Part shown: piece after piece, positions 1 through 8,600 of the stretch
How positions within the stretch are numbered: the first letter of the stretch is position 1
Layout of the letters: each line of letters opens with the position of its first letter
Origin: Chlamydiae bacterium RIFCSPHIGHO2_12_FULL_49_11
GTDB lineage: Bacteria > Chlamydiota > Chlamydiia > Chlamydiales > 2-12-FULL-49-11
Assembly: GCA_001794905.1 (NCBI GenBank)
Contig: MGLW01000066.1
Location: 1-17,868, forward strand
DNA: 17,868 nucleotides
Reading direction: 5' to 3'
Program-made: the position numbers and the translations under genes
Notes under the pieces: generated by a model
Database searches by the model: none
The model's input: the letters and a program-made list of their open reading frames with translations, nothing else
What the model was told of the DNA's origin: nothing

Positions 1-1
1 T

Positions 2-1006
2 ACGGGTGCAGATATGGAAAGTCCCGTCGTTGCCGATTGTAAAAAAGGGGATCTTGTAGTGGTCGAAGGTGAGAAAGGAGATTTTTTCGCCGTAACTCCG
101 CCGCAGGATCTCAAAGTATACGTCTTCCGCAGTTTTATTCTTGACGGNNNNNNNNNNNNNNNNNNNNTCAATGTACGTCTTGCCCCTGATCTATCCGCGC
201 CGGTGGTCGGTTTCCTCAATGCGGGAGAAAAAGTGGCGGGAGAAATCTGCAATGAAAACCACAAGTGGCTAAAAATTGCACCTCCCAAAAATACCCACCT
301 ATATATTGCAAAAGAATACATCGAAAAAATCGGCGGCCCCGAAATCAAACAAAATTACGATAAACGATGCGAAACCGTGCAAAAACTGATGGAAACATCT
401 CTCCGTTTCTCCGAATCGGAAATGCTCAAACCGTTTGAAGAGATTGCATTCGAGCGCATTTCTCAAAATTTCAACAGCGTGATCAATAATTACAACGACT
501 TTGCTGAATTGCAAGAAAAGGCAAAATCAAAGCTGCGCGAATTGCAAGAAACCTATCTCCAGAAAAAGCTTGCCTATCTCGAAGCCAAAGCGGTGAACAT
601 GAGTCGAACCATCCAGGCAAAAGCCTCCGGAGAAATGCCGGAGAGCGGTACACCTGTAGCTCTTGATGGAGAAAACCAGAAACGTTTTTGGGAAAAAGTG
701 GAAGAATCCCTATTTCTCGAGTGGTCAACCAGCCACTACCAAAAAACCATCGCCGACTTTTATGAAGAACAAAAACTGTCTTCGTCAAAAATCAGCGGCG
801 TTGTAGAACCATACATTGATACGGTAAAAAACAAGCCCGGTCAATTTATTCTCCGCGACAGAAGCCGAGACGTGCCGATCGCCTATTTGTATAGCACATT
901 CTTGGATCTCGGCAAATATGTGGGAAAATCGCTCACTCTCACCGTTGCAGAGCGGCCGAACAACAACTTTGCCTTCCCTGCCTACTTTGTGCTTTCGGCC
1001 GAGTAA
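2..1006 (+). CDS. SH3b-domain protein, chlamydial CT017/Ctad1-like (5' partial, contains an N-gap at 148-167)
   Basis: The frame is open from the window edge (TGADMESPVV...), so the ATG at 14 is probably internal. Two SH3b-like segments (…SPVVADCKKGDLVVVEGE…; NVRLAPDLSAPVVGFLNAGEKV…WLKI). The C-terminal RPNNNFAFPAYFV motif is recognised from chlamydial CT017-family proteins. Confidence 0.75.
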   Translation, partial: TGADMESPVVADCKKGDLVVVEGEKGDFFAVTPPQDLKVYVFRSFILDXXXXXXXXNVRLAPDLSAPVVGFLNAGEKVAGEICNENHKWLKIAPPKNTHLYIAKEYIEKIGGPEIKQNYDKRCETVQKLMETSLRFSESEMLKPFEEIAFERISQNFNSVINNYNDFAELQEKAKSKLRELQETYLQKKLAYLEAKAVNMSRTIQAKASGEMPESGTPVALDGENQKRFWEKVEESLFLEWSTSHYQKTIADFYEEQKLSSSKISGVVEPYIDTVKNKPGQFILRDRSRDVPIAYLYSTFLDLGKYVGKSLTLTVAERPNNNFAFPAYFVLSAE

Positions 1007-1011
1007 TCATC

Positions 1012-2208
1012 TCATTCGCCGATAGGCTCAAGTTCGATGGGCTCGTTTTCCTGCGTGCATTCGTGCAGCTTACGAGCCGAAACAAGAACACGCTTTTCAT
1101 ACGATCCCAGAGCCCGATTGTAAGCTTGCACTGACTGCTTCAGATACTTGCCGACCGACTCCACATGCTCGACAAAATCGCCTACGCGTTTGCCCATCTC
1201 TAGGGCAAGTTCTCGGATTTTGTGCATCGATGCGGCGACATGCCTCTCACGCCAACCAAGGGCTGCTGTCTTGAGCAGGGTGAGGAGAACGGTAGGAGTT
1301 GCGAGTATTACCCCTTTTTGCGCGCTATATTCGAGGACATGCGCGTCCGATTCAAGGGCAGAGCTGAGAAATACTTCGCTCGGTAAAAATAGGATCACAA
1401 AATCGAGGGCTTTTTCCCACTTTTCATGATATGCTTTCTTCGAAAGAGCGTCGATATGGCCTTTCAAATGGCGTACGTGCTCGATCAGCTTGCCTTCCCT
1501 CACTTCTTCCACTTCCGATTGGCATGCTTCCAAAAACGCCGTGATGGGGGCCTTGGAATCGATGATGATATCATTATCATTAGGCAGGTGTACAATCACG
1601 TCGGGCTGGAATAATTTTTCCTCATGCCGGAAGCTTTGCTGCTCGGTAAAATCGGAAAAAGGGAGCATGCCGGAAATTTCCAGGATGCGTTTCAGCTGCA
1701 TTTCACCCCACATTCCCCTGACTTTCGGCTTTTGAAGAGCTTTGGTGAGATTTTGCGTTTCTTTTTTGAGCTCTTTTTCCATGTCGAGCATCATTTCGAT
1801 CTGTTTTTCCAGAGAACCGCGGTCGGTCTTGCGTTCTTTTTCCAAATCCCCGAGTTCCCGTTTCAAATTCTCGATGCTTTTCTGGACAAACTCGACTTGC
1901 TTCTGGAATGTTTCCTCTTTTTTTATGTCGTGCTTTTCATGACGCGCCGCCAAAGAGTCGACTGCCTGATGGGCAAACAACTGGAAGGTGTCCTTAAATT
2001 CGGTCTTGAGGTTTTCGAGGAGGAGCAATTTTTCCCGGGCCGCCGCCTCTTTCTGTTCCGAAATCGCCTTTTCCCTCTCCAATTCGAGCCTGAGCCCTGC
2101 GGCCGCCTCTCTTTCCGTTACGAGCTCTCTCACTAGCCGGCTTTTTTGCAGAAAGAGTGATAGAGCAACTGCTCCTGTGAAAGTGAGGGCAATAAGAATC
2201 ATTGTCAT
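1012..2208 (-). CDS. rmuC: DNA recombination protein RmuC
   Basis: N-terminal TM helix, long coiled coil, KVRGMWGEMQLKRILE, PD..(I)IIDSK nuclease-like motif, LDFVILFLPSE, VILATPT, YNRALGSYE. Confidence 0.95.
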   Translation of the reverse strand: MTMILIALTFTGAVALSLFLQKSRLVRELVTEREAAAGLRLELEREKAISEQKEAAAREKLLLLENLKTEFKDTFQLFAHQAVDSLAARHEKHDIKKEETFQKQVEFVQKSIENLKRELGDLEKERKTDRGSLEKQIEMMLDMEKELKKETQNLTKALQKPKVRGMWGEMQLKRILEISGMLPFSDFTEQQSFRHEEKLFQPDVIVHLPNDNDIIIDSKAPITAFLEACQSEVEEVREGKLIEHVRHLKGHIDALSKKAYHEKWEKALDFVILFLPSEVFLSSALESDAHVLEYSAQKGVILATPTVLLTLLKTAALGWRERHVAASMHKIRELALEMGKRVGDFVEHVESVGKYLKQSVQAYNRALGSYEKRVLVSARKLHECTQENEPIELEPIGE

Positions 2209-2211
2209 CGA

Positions 2212-2982
2212 TTACCTTTTTCTGAATACACGCATGAATGCTGCCAGCAAGGAAAGACCGATATAACCCCAGGCAACGATAGCAAGCATAACGGGTAAAT
2301 AGTAGATGGCTCCGTACAGGCAGAAAAGGATCAGAAACGAAGTGACAAAGAGAAGTCGGAATGAAATTTTCCGCAGTGTGAATTGTTTGAAACTGGGAAA
2401 GCGAATTTTGCTCACCATCAAATATCCTAAAAAGATGTTGATAACGCCCATGATAAGGGCGAGGAGCCACGGTTCAAGGCGGGCGGAAATGCCGATCCAG
2501 GGAGCGTAGAGAAGGAGGGTGATCGAAACGCTTCCTAGCATCGCAGCAGGGATCGGAAGGCCGATGAACACTTTCTTATCGGGGTCGTTAGGCCCGAGCA
2601 TGGCATGTTTTACATTGAACCGCACCAGTCGAATGACTCCCGATACGGTGTAAACCATAGCGCTGGCAATAATAAAAAAGGCAAAGAAAGAATAGCTGCT
2701 CAAACTGAGCGCTTTTAGTAAGAGTACTGACGGGGCCACGCCGAACGACACTGAATCGGCAAGCGAATCGAACAGGATGCCGAACTGGCTTTCGGCATGG
2801 ATAAGCCTGGCAACGGCACCGTCGATCAGATCGGCAATGGCCGCGAGAAGCAAAATATACACCATTTGTTTCAGTAGGACGTAGCTCGGCTCTCCCGTGA
2901 GGTTAACCTTAAAAATCACAAACAAGCCGCAAGCAAGGCCGAAACCGGTGATCAAATTCGGAACGATGTTGATTTTTCTCAT
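2212..2982 (-). CDS. pssA: CDP-diacylglycerol--serine O-phosphatidyltransferase
   Basis: PNLIT start, CDP-alcohol phosphotransferase motif DLIDGAVAR..S.FG..FDSLAD.VSFGVAP, RLVRFN, FIGLPIP, LMVSKIRF; multiple TM helices. It lies 3 bp from rmuC. Confidence 0.93.
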   Translation of the reverse strand: MRKINIVPNLITGFGLACGLFVIFKVNLTGEPSYVLLKQMVYILLLAAIADLIDGAVARLIHAESQFGILFDSLADSVSFGVAPSVLLLKALSLSSYSFFAFFIIASAMVYTVSGVIRLVRFNVKHAMLGPNDPDKKVFIGLPIPAAMLGSVSITLLLYAPWIGISARLEPWLLALIMGVINIFLGYLMVSKIRFPSFKQFTLRKISFRLLFVTSFLILFCLYGAIYYLPVMLAIVAWGYIGLSLLAAFMRVFRKR

Positions 2983-3028
2983 AACGTCATGATACCTGAT
3001 CCGTCACAAAAAAACTATCGTCATCAAT

Positions 3029-3108
3029 TAGACCTCTTGCGTAATTCCATTTGTTTGTTAAAATTGCTCTTTTTGGCAGATTTGCAAGCAAATTACGCAA
3101 GAGGTCTA
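3029..3108. mobile_element. 80-bp MITE-like palindromic element with perfect 18-bp terminal inverted repeats
   Basis: TAGACCTCTTGCGTAATT (3029-3046) is the exact reverse complement of AATTACGCAAGAGGTCTA (3091-3108). TA sits at both ends. The inner TTTGTTAAAA/TTTTGGCAGA can also pair using G:U. The inverted repeat is seen directly; mobility is inferred. Confidence 0.7.
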
Positions 3109-4602
3109 TTATTTATGACAGGGTTTCATCGCAGAAGAGATCGNNNNNNNNNNNNNNNNNNNNNNNNNNNNNNNNNNNNNNNNNNNNNNNNNNNNNNNNN
3201 NNNNNNNNNNNNNNNNNNNNNNNNNNNNNNNNNNNNNNGTCAAAGTTCCCGCGATNNNNNNNNNNNNNNNNNNNNNNNNNNNNNNNNNNNNNNNNNNNNN
3301 NNNNATGGGAAAGACCACTAGCGGTGAATTTTGCACCGGACGATACCGGTCAAAGACGTTTTCCTGAGGAATCACTTCGGGGAGTTTTACACCGGACATT
3401 CTTTTTTCTGCGGAAACATCGGGACGCATATCAAACTCGGGGAGGCATTCCCGATGATCATCTTGCAAAAAATCCAAACATTGCCGGATCACGGTTTCGA
3501 TGTGGCCCGCGGAAAAATAGGCAAAATGCTGCAACCGCCAAGTTTTTTCCGAATTTCTAATAACCTGATCGAAGAACTTCCCGAGGCGGTCAAATACTAT
3601 CTTCTCTTTTTTCTCTCGCGCATTTCGGCTAAATTGTTGAAATACTTCTCTGACGATACCGGCATTGAAAACTTGTTTCTCTTGGTCGTATCCGAAAAAG
3701 GAGAGGAGGCCCCAAATATCGCACTCCGGTAAAATAGTGCACCGTTGCCTGTTTTGTTCTACGAGGACATGGCTCCGGGCCGGAGAAAAGAACGGATATT
3801 CATACTTTCGGGTTGCAACTCTTCGGGAGGGGTAGGAAGGACAATGGATTTTCTTGGATAAATCCCAATCTATGAAATAATATTTCGCTCTCTTCGTTAT
3901 CGGATTACGTAAAATGACAACATTACTCACTTTCACATCTCCGTGAATGCGTCCCAATTTTTCATGCGCCGCGCGCAAAATACCCAAAAGAAAGCATAAA
4001 ATGGACAATTTGTCGACAAGGGGAGTATCACTTCTCTGGAAACCTCCCCCGACACATTCGCCCCCATAGGATTCGACATAAACACCGATCCCTTCGGTAA
4101 ACTTCAAAAACGGTTTTTCACTTGTCACAACAGGAGTAAAAATATAAGGCACTCCCGTCGGCATTATTTCATACATGGCCTTCTGAGTTGCATAACCCCG
4201 TAAAACCGACCGGCCATTCCTGACATCCACAAGATCGCATATTTTTACGGCAACTCCTTTCCATTTTTCGGCATCGTAAAGGGTTCGATGAAATCCCAAA
4301 TACACTTCTTTATATGTCCCTACTCCGAGCCTGCTCGCGCTGATCAGAGTAAGCTCCGCCCCTCTGCCGTTTTGCGTTATCATAAACGGAATAAACGACG
4401 TCACCTCTCTACCGAGAAACCTTTCATAATCTTCTTTAGTAAAACAGAGAACCGGTCCCGTCATAAACCGAAAAGTGGGCTCCTCCAGTCCGGTTATAAC
4501 ATCCCATAAATTCTTCTTGGCTTCCGGAGACAAGGTCAACACCTCTCCGGTTTCCAGCTCATTCCTTGTTATGCAAATACTCATAGGAGAAGTATGATGC
4601 AC
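3109..4602 (-). CDS. Divergent Hanks-type (eukaryote-like) protein kinase; C-terminus uncertain because of N-gaps
   Basis: Kinase subdomains occur in order: LGVGTYKEVY (G-loop), VAVK, IHGDVKVSNV (catalytic loop), IDWDLS (DFG equivalent), FFSPA (APE equivalent), DIWGL. Start is GTG 4602 or ATG 4584. The 3' end crosses gaps at 3144-3304, so the stop at 3109 is not reliable. Confidence 0.8.
   Translation of the reverse strand: MHHTSPMSICITRNELETGEVLTLSPEAKKNLWDVITGLEEPTFRFMTGPVLCFTKEDYERFLGREVTSFIPFMITQNGRGAELTLISASRLGVGTYKEVYLGFHRTLYDAEKWKGVAVKICDLVDVRNGRSVLRGYATQKAMYEIMPTGVPYIFTPVVTSEKPFLKFTEGIGVYVESYGGECVGGGFQRSDTPLVDKLSILCFLLGILRAAHEKLGRIHGDVKVSNVVILRNPITKRAKYYFIDWDLSKKIHCPSYPSRRVATRKYEYPFFSPARSHVLVEQNRQRCTILPECDIWGLLSFFGYDQEKQVFNAGIVREVFQQFSRNAREKKEKIVFDRLGKFFDQVIRNSEKTWRLQHFAYFSAGHIETVIRQCLDFLQDDHRECLPEFDMRPDVSAEKRMSGVKLPEVIPQENVFDRYRPVQNSPLVVFPXXXXXXXXXXXXXXXXXIAGTLXXXXXXXXXXXXXXXXXXXXXXXXXXXXXXXXXISSAMKPCHK
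3305..3321 (+). repeat. 17-bp dispersed repeat ATGGGAAAGACCACTAG, copy 1
   Basis: Identical to 9870-9886. It directly abuts the N-gap at 3256-3304, so it may be longer. Confidence 0.75.
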
Positions 4603-4666
4603 GAACCGAATAATTTAATAAAGCTAAAATGAGCCCCCTGATAATCAGTGTGTTATAATAATTATG

Positions 4667-4710
4667 TTGCAATTAAAATTTCTATTTTGTTATAATTAAG
4701 CTCGGAGAGG
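4667..4710 (+). promoter_or_regulatory. Putative sigma70/sigma66 promoter and RBS for the 4720 ORF
   Basis: TTGCAA (4667-4672), 18-bp spacer, extended -10 TG-T-TATAAT (4688-4696), and GGAGAGG (4704-4710) ahead of the ATG at 4720. Confidence 0.6.
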
Positions 4711-4719
4711 TTTACGCAT

Positions 4720-5538
4720 ATGAATAGAGCACTGCATTTAGAGCTGTTAGAAACAATCCATGAGCATTTTACTCATGATTCTCCTGTTTCCGACTTGCAA
4801 TCTTCTCTTATTGAGCAGGTTGGGAATCTACAAGCCCGTTTTCTCGGTTCCTTTACAGAGACCTTGGAATATGGCAAGCGCATTTTCCGTGAAAAAATCT
4901 CTCCGCCCTCTTCCCACGGCCCCAAAAGGGTAAAAAACAGGGTCGAACAATGCTTTAACCAGGTTTTGCGGTATGCCCACCTGAAGTCGCAATTCGATAG
5001 CCTTCTTGATCCGTTCCTTTTCGGAAATGCCAAAACGACCGAGATCGATAAAACCGTCCATGTCACGAGAACCTATCCCGTCGTAACTCAAATTGAACTC
5101 GCCCGCTTGATTTCCCTCTTCGAAGAGCTTCCCCTCCCCTTGCATAGCGGTGTGGCAGGGGACATTTTGAAACGGATTCAAAATCGCCTGCCCGAGGTCT
5201 CTTCCGAAGGGTCCTATTCCCTTACCGTTCTTGCGGAGCAGCTGGACATCATCCTAAACCTGGCAAAACGAAAACTCAGGTACAGCAGCATCACATCGGT
5301 GACTGAATGTTTGACCGGCGCTTTAGAACGCGGTTTTTGTTTTTCTTCCCTTCTTTACATGGTAAAATCGATTCCCGACGACGATCTTGAATTGAAACTC
5401 CACCGGATTTCCCTGTACAAGTTTCACCTGGAAAAGGCTCACATGCAGGTCTCTTCCCGGAAAAAAACTTCTGCCCTTTCAGAATCTTGGCTTCTTCTCA
5501 TGCAAAAGCAGCTCATGCTTCTCCGAGATACTATTTAA
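4720..5538 (+). CDS. Hypothetical protein (272 aa, likely helical, no recognised domain)
   Basis: Long ORF filling the gap to nrdA, with its own promoter-like and RBS-like signals. No motif recognised. Confidence 0.75.
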   Translation: MNRALHLELLETIHEHFTHDSPVSDLQSSLIEQVGNLQARFLGSFTETLEYGKRIFREKISPPSSHGPKRVKNRVEQCFNQVLRYAHLKSQFDSLLDPFLFGNAKTTEIDKTVHVTRTYPVVTQIELARLISLFEELPLPLHSGVAGDILKRIQNRLPEVSSEGSYSLTVLAEQLDIILNLAKRKLRYSSITSVTECLTGALERGFCFSSLLYMVKSIPDDDLELKLHRISLYKFHLEKAHMQVSSRKKTSALSESWLLLMQKQLMLLRDTI

Positions 5539-5560
5539 CTTTTTTTCTAGACAAAATCTC

Positions 5561-5589
5561 TTGCCATACAATATATAGTGTTATATAGT
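5561..5589 (+). promoter_or_regulatory. Putative nrdAB promoter
   Basis: TTGCCA (5561-5566), 17-bp spacer, TATAGT (5584-5589); 48 bp upstream of the nrdA ATG. Confidence 0.65.
5566..5581. promoter_or_regulatory. NrdR box 1
   Basis: ATACAATATATAGTGT matches the NrdR consensus acaCwAtATaTwGtgt at 15/16 positions and overlaps the promoter spacer. Confidence 0.9.
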
Positions 5590-5597
5590 ACCATCCA

Positions 5598-5613
5598 ATA
5601 CAATATATGGTAT
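5598..5613. promoter_or_regulatory. NrdR box 2
   Basis: ATACAATATATGGTAT, starting 32 bp after box 1, which is the typical tandem NrdR-box spacing. Confidence 0.85.
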
Positions 5614-5637
5614 ATCACACAAGGGGTTTGATCAGAT

Positions 5638-8600
5638 ATGGCAAGGGATTCAGAAGCCACTTTACTCAATAAACCGGAAAAAATGAAGCCGGAGTATGAA
5701 AAACTCGACACTTCCCAACTAGCGGTCGTCAAACGGGATGGGAATATCGTCCCATTTCATCGGGAGCGCATTTTTAATGCGATGGAAGCGGCCTTCCGAG
5801 ACACAAAAAAAATCCCAAAAGAAGAAAAACTGCCCGAAGCGCTTTATCATGCGATCGACCGAATGACGGGCCTTGTCGTCAAGCACGCCCTGGAATTGGG
5901 AAAAAAAGGGGTAGCCCTGACAGTGGAAGGGATTCAAGATCTTGTCGAAATGACCTTGATGAAAAACGGCTATCATGATGTGGCCCGTGGATACATCATC
6001 TATCGCGATGCGCGAAAAGAAAGTCGCAAGACAAAAAACAAATCTCTCTTTGTGATCCGCAATCGGGACATGCAGAAACTCCGGTTCAACCCGATCAAAA
6101 TCACCTCTTCCCTTGAGAAAACGTTCCGGAAATCCCATGCCATCGAAGACACCCTGATCGATACGGTACTGATTGCGAGCATCAATACCCTGACCGAAAC
6201 GATTGTCAGGCGAGCTCTGAGCCGCGAGGAAGATACGATCGAGGTCGACATACTGCAGGATATCATCGAAGAAGAACTCATGCTGGCAGGCTATTTTAAA
6301 GAAGCAAAATTGTATATTATACAGCGGGCTGAACAGGAACTGGGGACTCTTCTTTCCAAACCGGAGAAAAAAGCGGAGGAGAAAGCGTTTACCATTGCGA
6401 CCGACGGCGCCCATACTTTCACCGTTACCCGTGCCGAGATAAAGAAACGGCTTAAATTCATGATCAAGGGGCATGAGAATGAGGTAAGCCTCGACGAGCT
6501 TGTAGAACTTGCAATGCTGAATTTCTATGAAGGAATTCATGAGAGCGAAGTCGATACTGCCCTTGTCATGGCAGCGCGTTCCCTTGTTGAGAAGGAACCG
6601 GCTTATTCTTTCGTCACGGCAAAAATCCTACTCGACAAATTATATAAAGAAGCCACCGGTTTCAGTATCATGGATAGCCGCATCGAAGAATTGCACCAAA
6701 CCTATTTTGTCAAAGCGATCAAACTGGGTGTCTCGGAAGAGCGTTACAGTTCCCGTTTATTAGAATTCGATCTCAGCTTTCTGGCCGGCACAATGGAGAT
6801 CGGACGTGATGCACTATTCCAGTATTTAGGATTGCAAACCTTGTACGACCGCTATTTCGTCCACGTGCGCGAAAGGCGTATCGAAACTCCCCAGATTTTC
6901 TGGATGCGCGTTGCCATGGGCCTTGCCTTGAATGAGGAAGATAAAAATGAAAAAGCGGTCGAGTTTTACAATCTCCTTTCCGAATTTTACTACACTTCGG
7001 CGACGCCGACTCTGTTCAATTCAGGCACAATGCATGCGCAGCTTAGTTCCTGCTATCTTTCCACTGTAGACGACGATCTGTCCCATATTTTCAAAGTCAT
7101 TTCGGACGACGCCCAACTTTCCAAATGGGCGGGCGGGCTCGGCAACGACTGGACGAGCGTGCGCGCTACCGGATCGGTCATCAAGGGAACCAACGGCCGC
7201 TCGCAAGGAGTGATCCCCTTCCTAAAAGTGGCAAACGACACGGCCGTTGCCGTCAACCAGGGGGGTAAACGCAAAGGAGCGCTCTGTTCCTACCTTGAAA
7301 CGTGGCATCTCGACATCGAAGATTTTCTGGAACTCCGCAAAAACACGGGAGACGAGCGGCGCCGCACGCACGACATGAACACGGCCAACTGGATTTGCGA
7401 CCTCTTCATGCAGCGGGTGCAGAGTAATGGTACATGGACTCTCTTCTCCCCTTCCGACACGCCTGATTTGCATGATCTCTACGGCAAAGCCTTCAAAAAG
7501 CGGTATGAGGAATATGAAGCATTAGCGGCCGATGGCCGCCTCAAGCTGCACAAAAAAATCCAGGCAGTCGATTTGTGGCGCAAGATGCTGAGCATGCTTT
7601 TTGAGACGGGCCATCCGTGGATTACATTCAAAGACCCTTCCAACATCCGCTCGCCGCAGAGCCACAAAGGGGTTGTACACAGCTCCAATCTATGCACAGA
7701 AATTTTGCTCAATACGTCAAAAGAAGAAGTGGCCGTCTGCAACCTCGGCTCAGTCAACCTGACGCGGCATGTAAAAAACGGCAAGATTGATGAGAAACGC
7801 TTAGAAACCACGGTAACGACGGCGATCCGCATGCTCGACAATGTGATCGACATCAATTTTTATCCGATTGAGGAAGCAAAGACTGCTAACCTCCGCCACC
7901 GTGCCATCGGGCTGGGAATCATGGGCTTTCAGGACATTCTCTATTCTGCAGGCATTAGCTATGCCGGTTTTGAAGCGGCCGACCTTGCCGACGAAATCAT
8001 GGAAAGCGTTTCGTATTATGCCATCCTTGCTTCCAGCAAGTTGGCAAAAGAGCGAGGCACCTATTCTTCATACGAAGGGTCGAAATGGAGCCGCGACATT
8101 TTGCCGATCGATTCGATTGATCTTCTTGAAGAAGAGCGGGGCGAGAGGGTCGAGATGGATCGCACAAGGCGCAAAGACTGGACACCGGTGCAAGAGCACA
8201 TCAGGCAATACGGCATGCGCAATTGCAATACGATGGCGATAGCTCCAACGGCAACGATTGCCAACATTATCGGCGTCACCGCCTCGATCGAACCCACGTA
8301 CAAAAACCTGTTCGTCAAGTCAAACCTCTCGGGAGAGTTTACCGTTCTAAACACCTACCTTGTAGAAAAGCTAAAAAGCTTGAACTTATGGGACTCGGAA
8401 ATGCTGGAAGATCTCAAATATTTTGACGGGTCGGTCTTAGAGATTGAGCGTATCCCGCAAGAAGTGAAGAAGATGTTTGTGACGGCGTTTGAAATGGACA
8501 GCGACTGGCTGATCGAGTGCGGATCACGCCGGCAAAAGTGGATTGACATGGGCTTATCTCTGAATTTATACCTTTCTGAGGCTTCGGGCAAGAAGATGCA

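Noticed and set aside
2038..2120. Short direct repeat GCCGCCTCT in rmuC
   Set aside because: It encodes two EAA motifs in a coiled coil, so it is protein-level low complexity.
3121..3321. Possible CRISPR array hidden in the N-gaps (the reverse complement GTGGTCTTTCCC loosely recalls type I-E repeat starts)
   Set aside because: No repeat-spacer periodicity is visible, there are no cas genes, and the only other copy is isolated after nrdB.
2989..3560. Plus-strand ORFs 2989-3321 and 3051-3560
   Set aside because: They are open largely because of Ns, overlap the palindrome and the antisense kinase, and contain no motifs.
5719..6540. 273-aa antisense ORF inside nrdA (and similar shadow ORFs in rmuC, nrdB, ndh, surE and putP)
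   Set aside because: They lie fully opposite well-supported genes, have no recognisable motifs, and are explained by codon bias.
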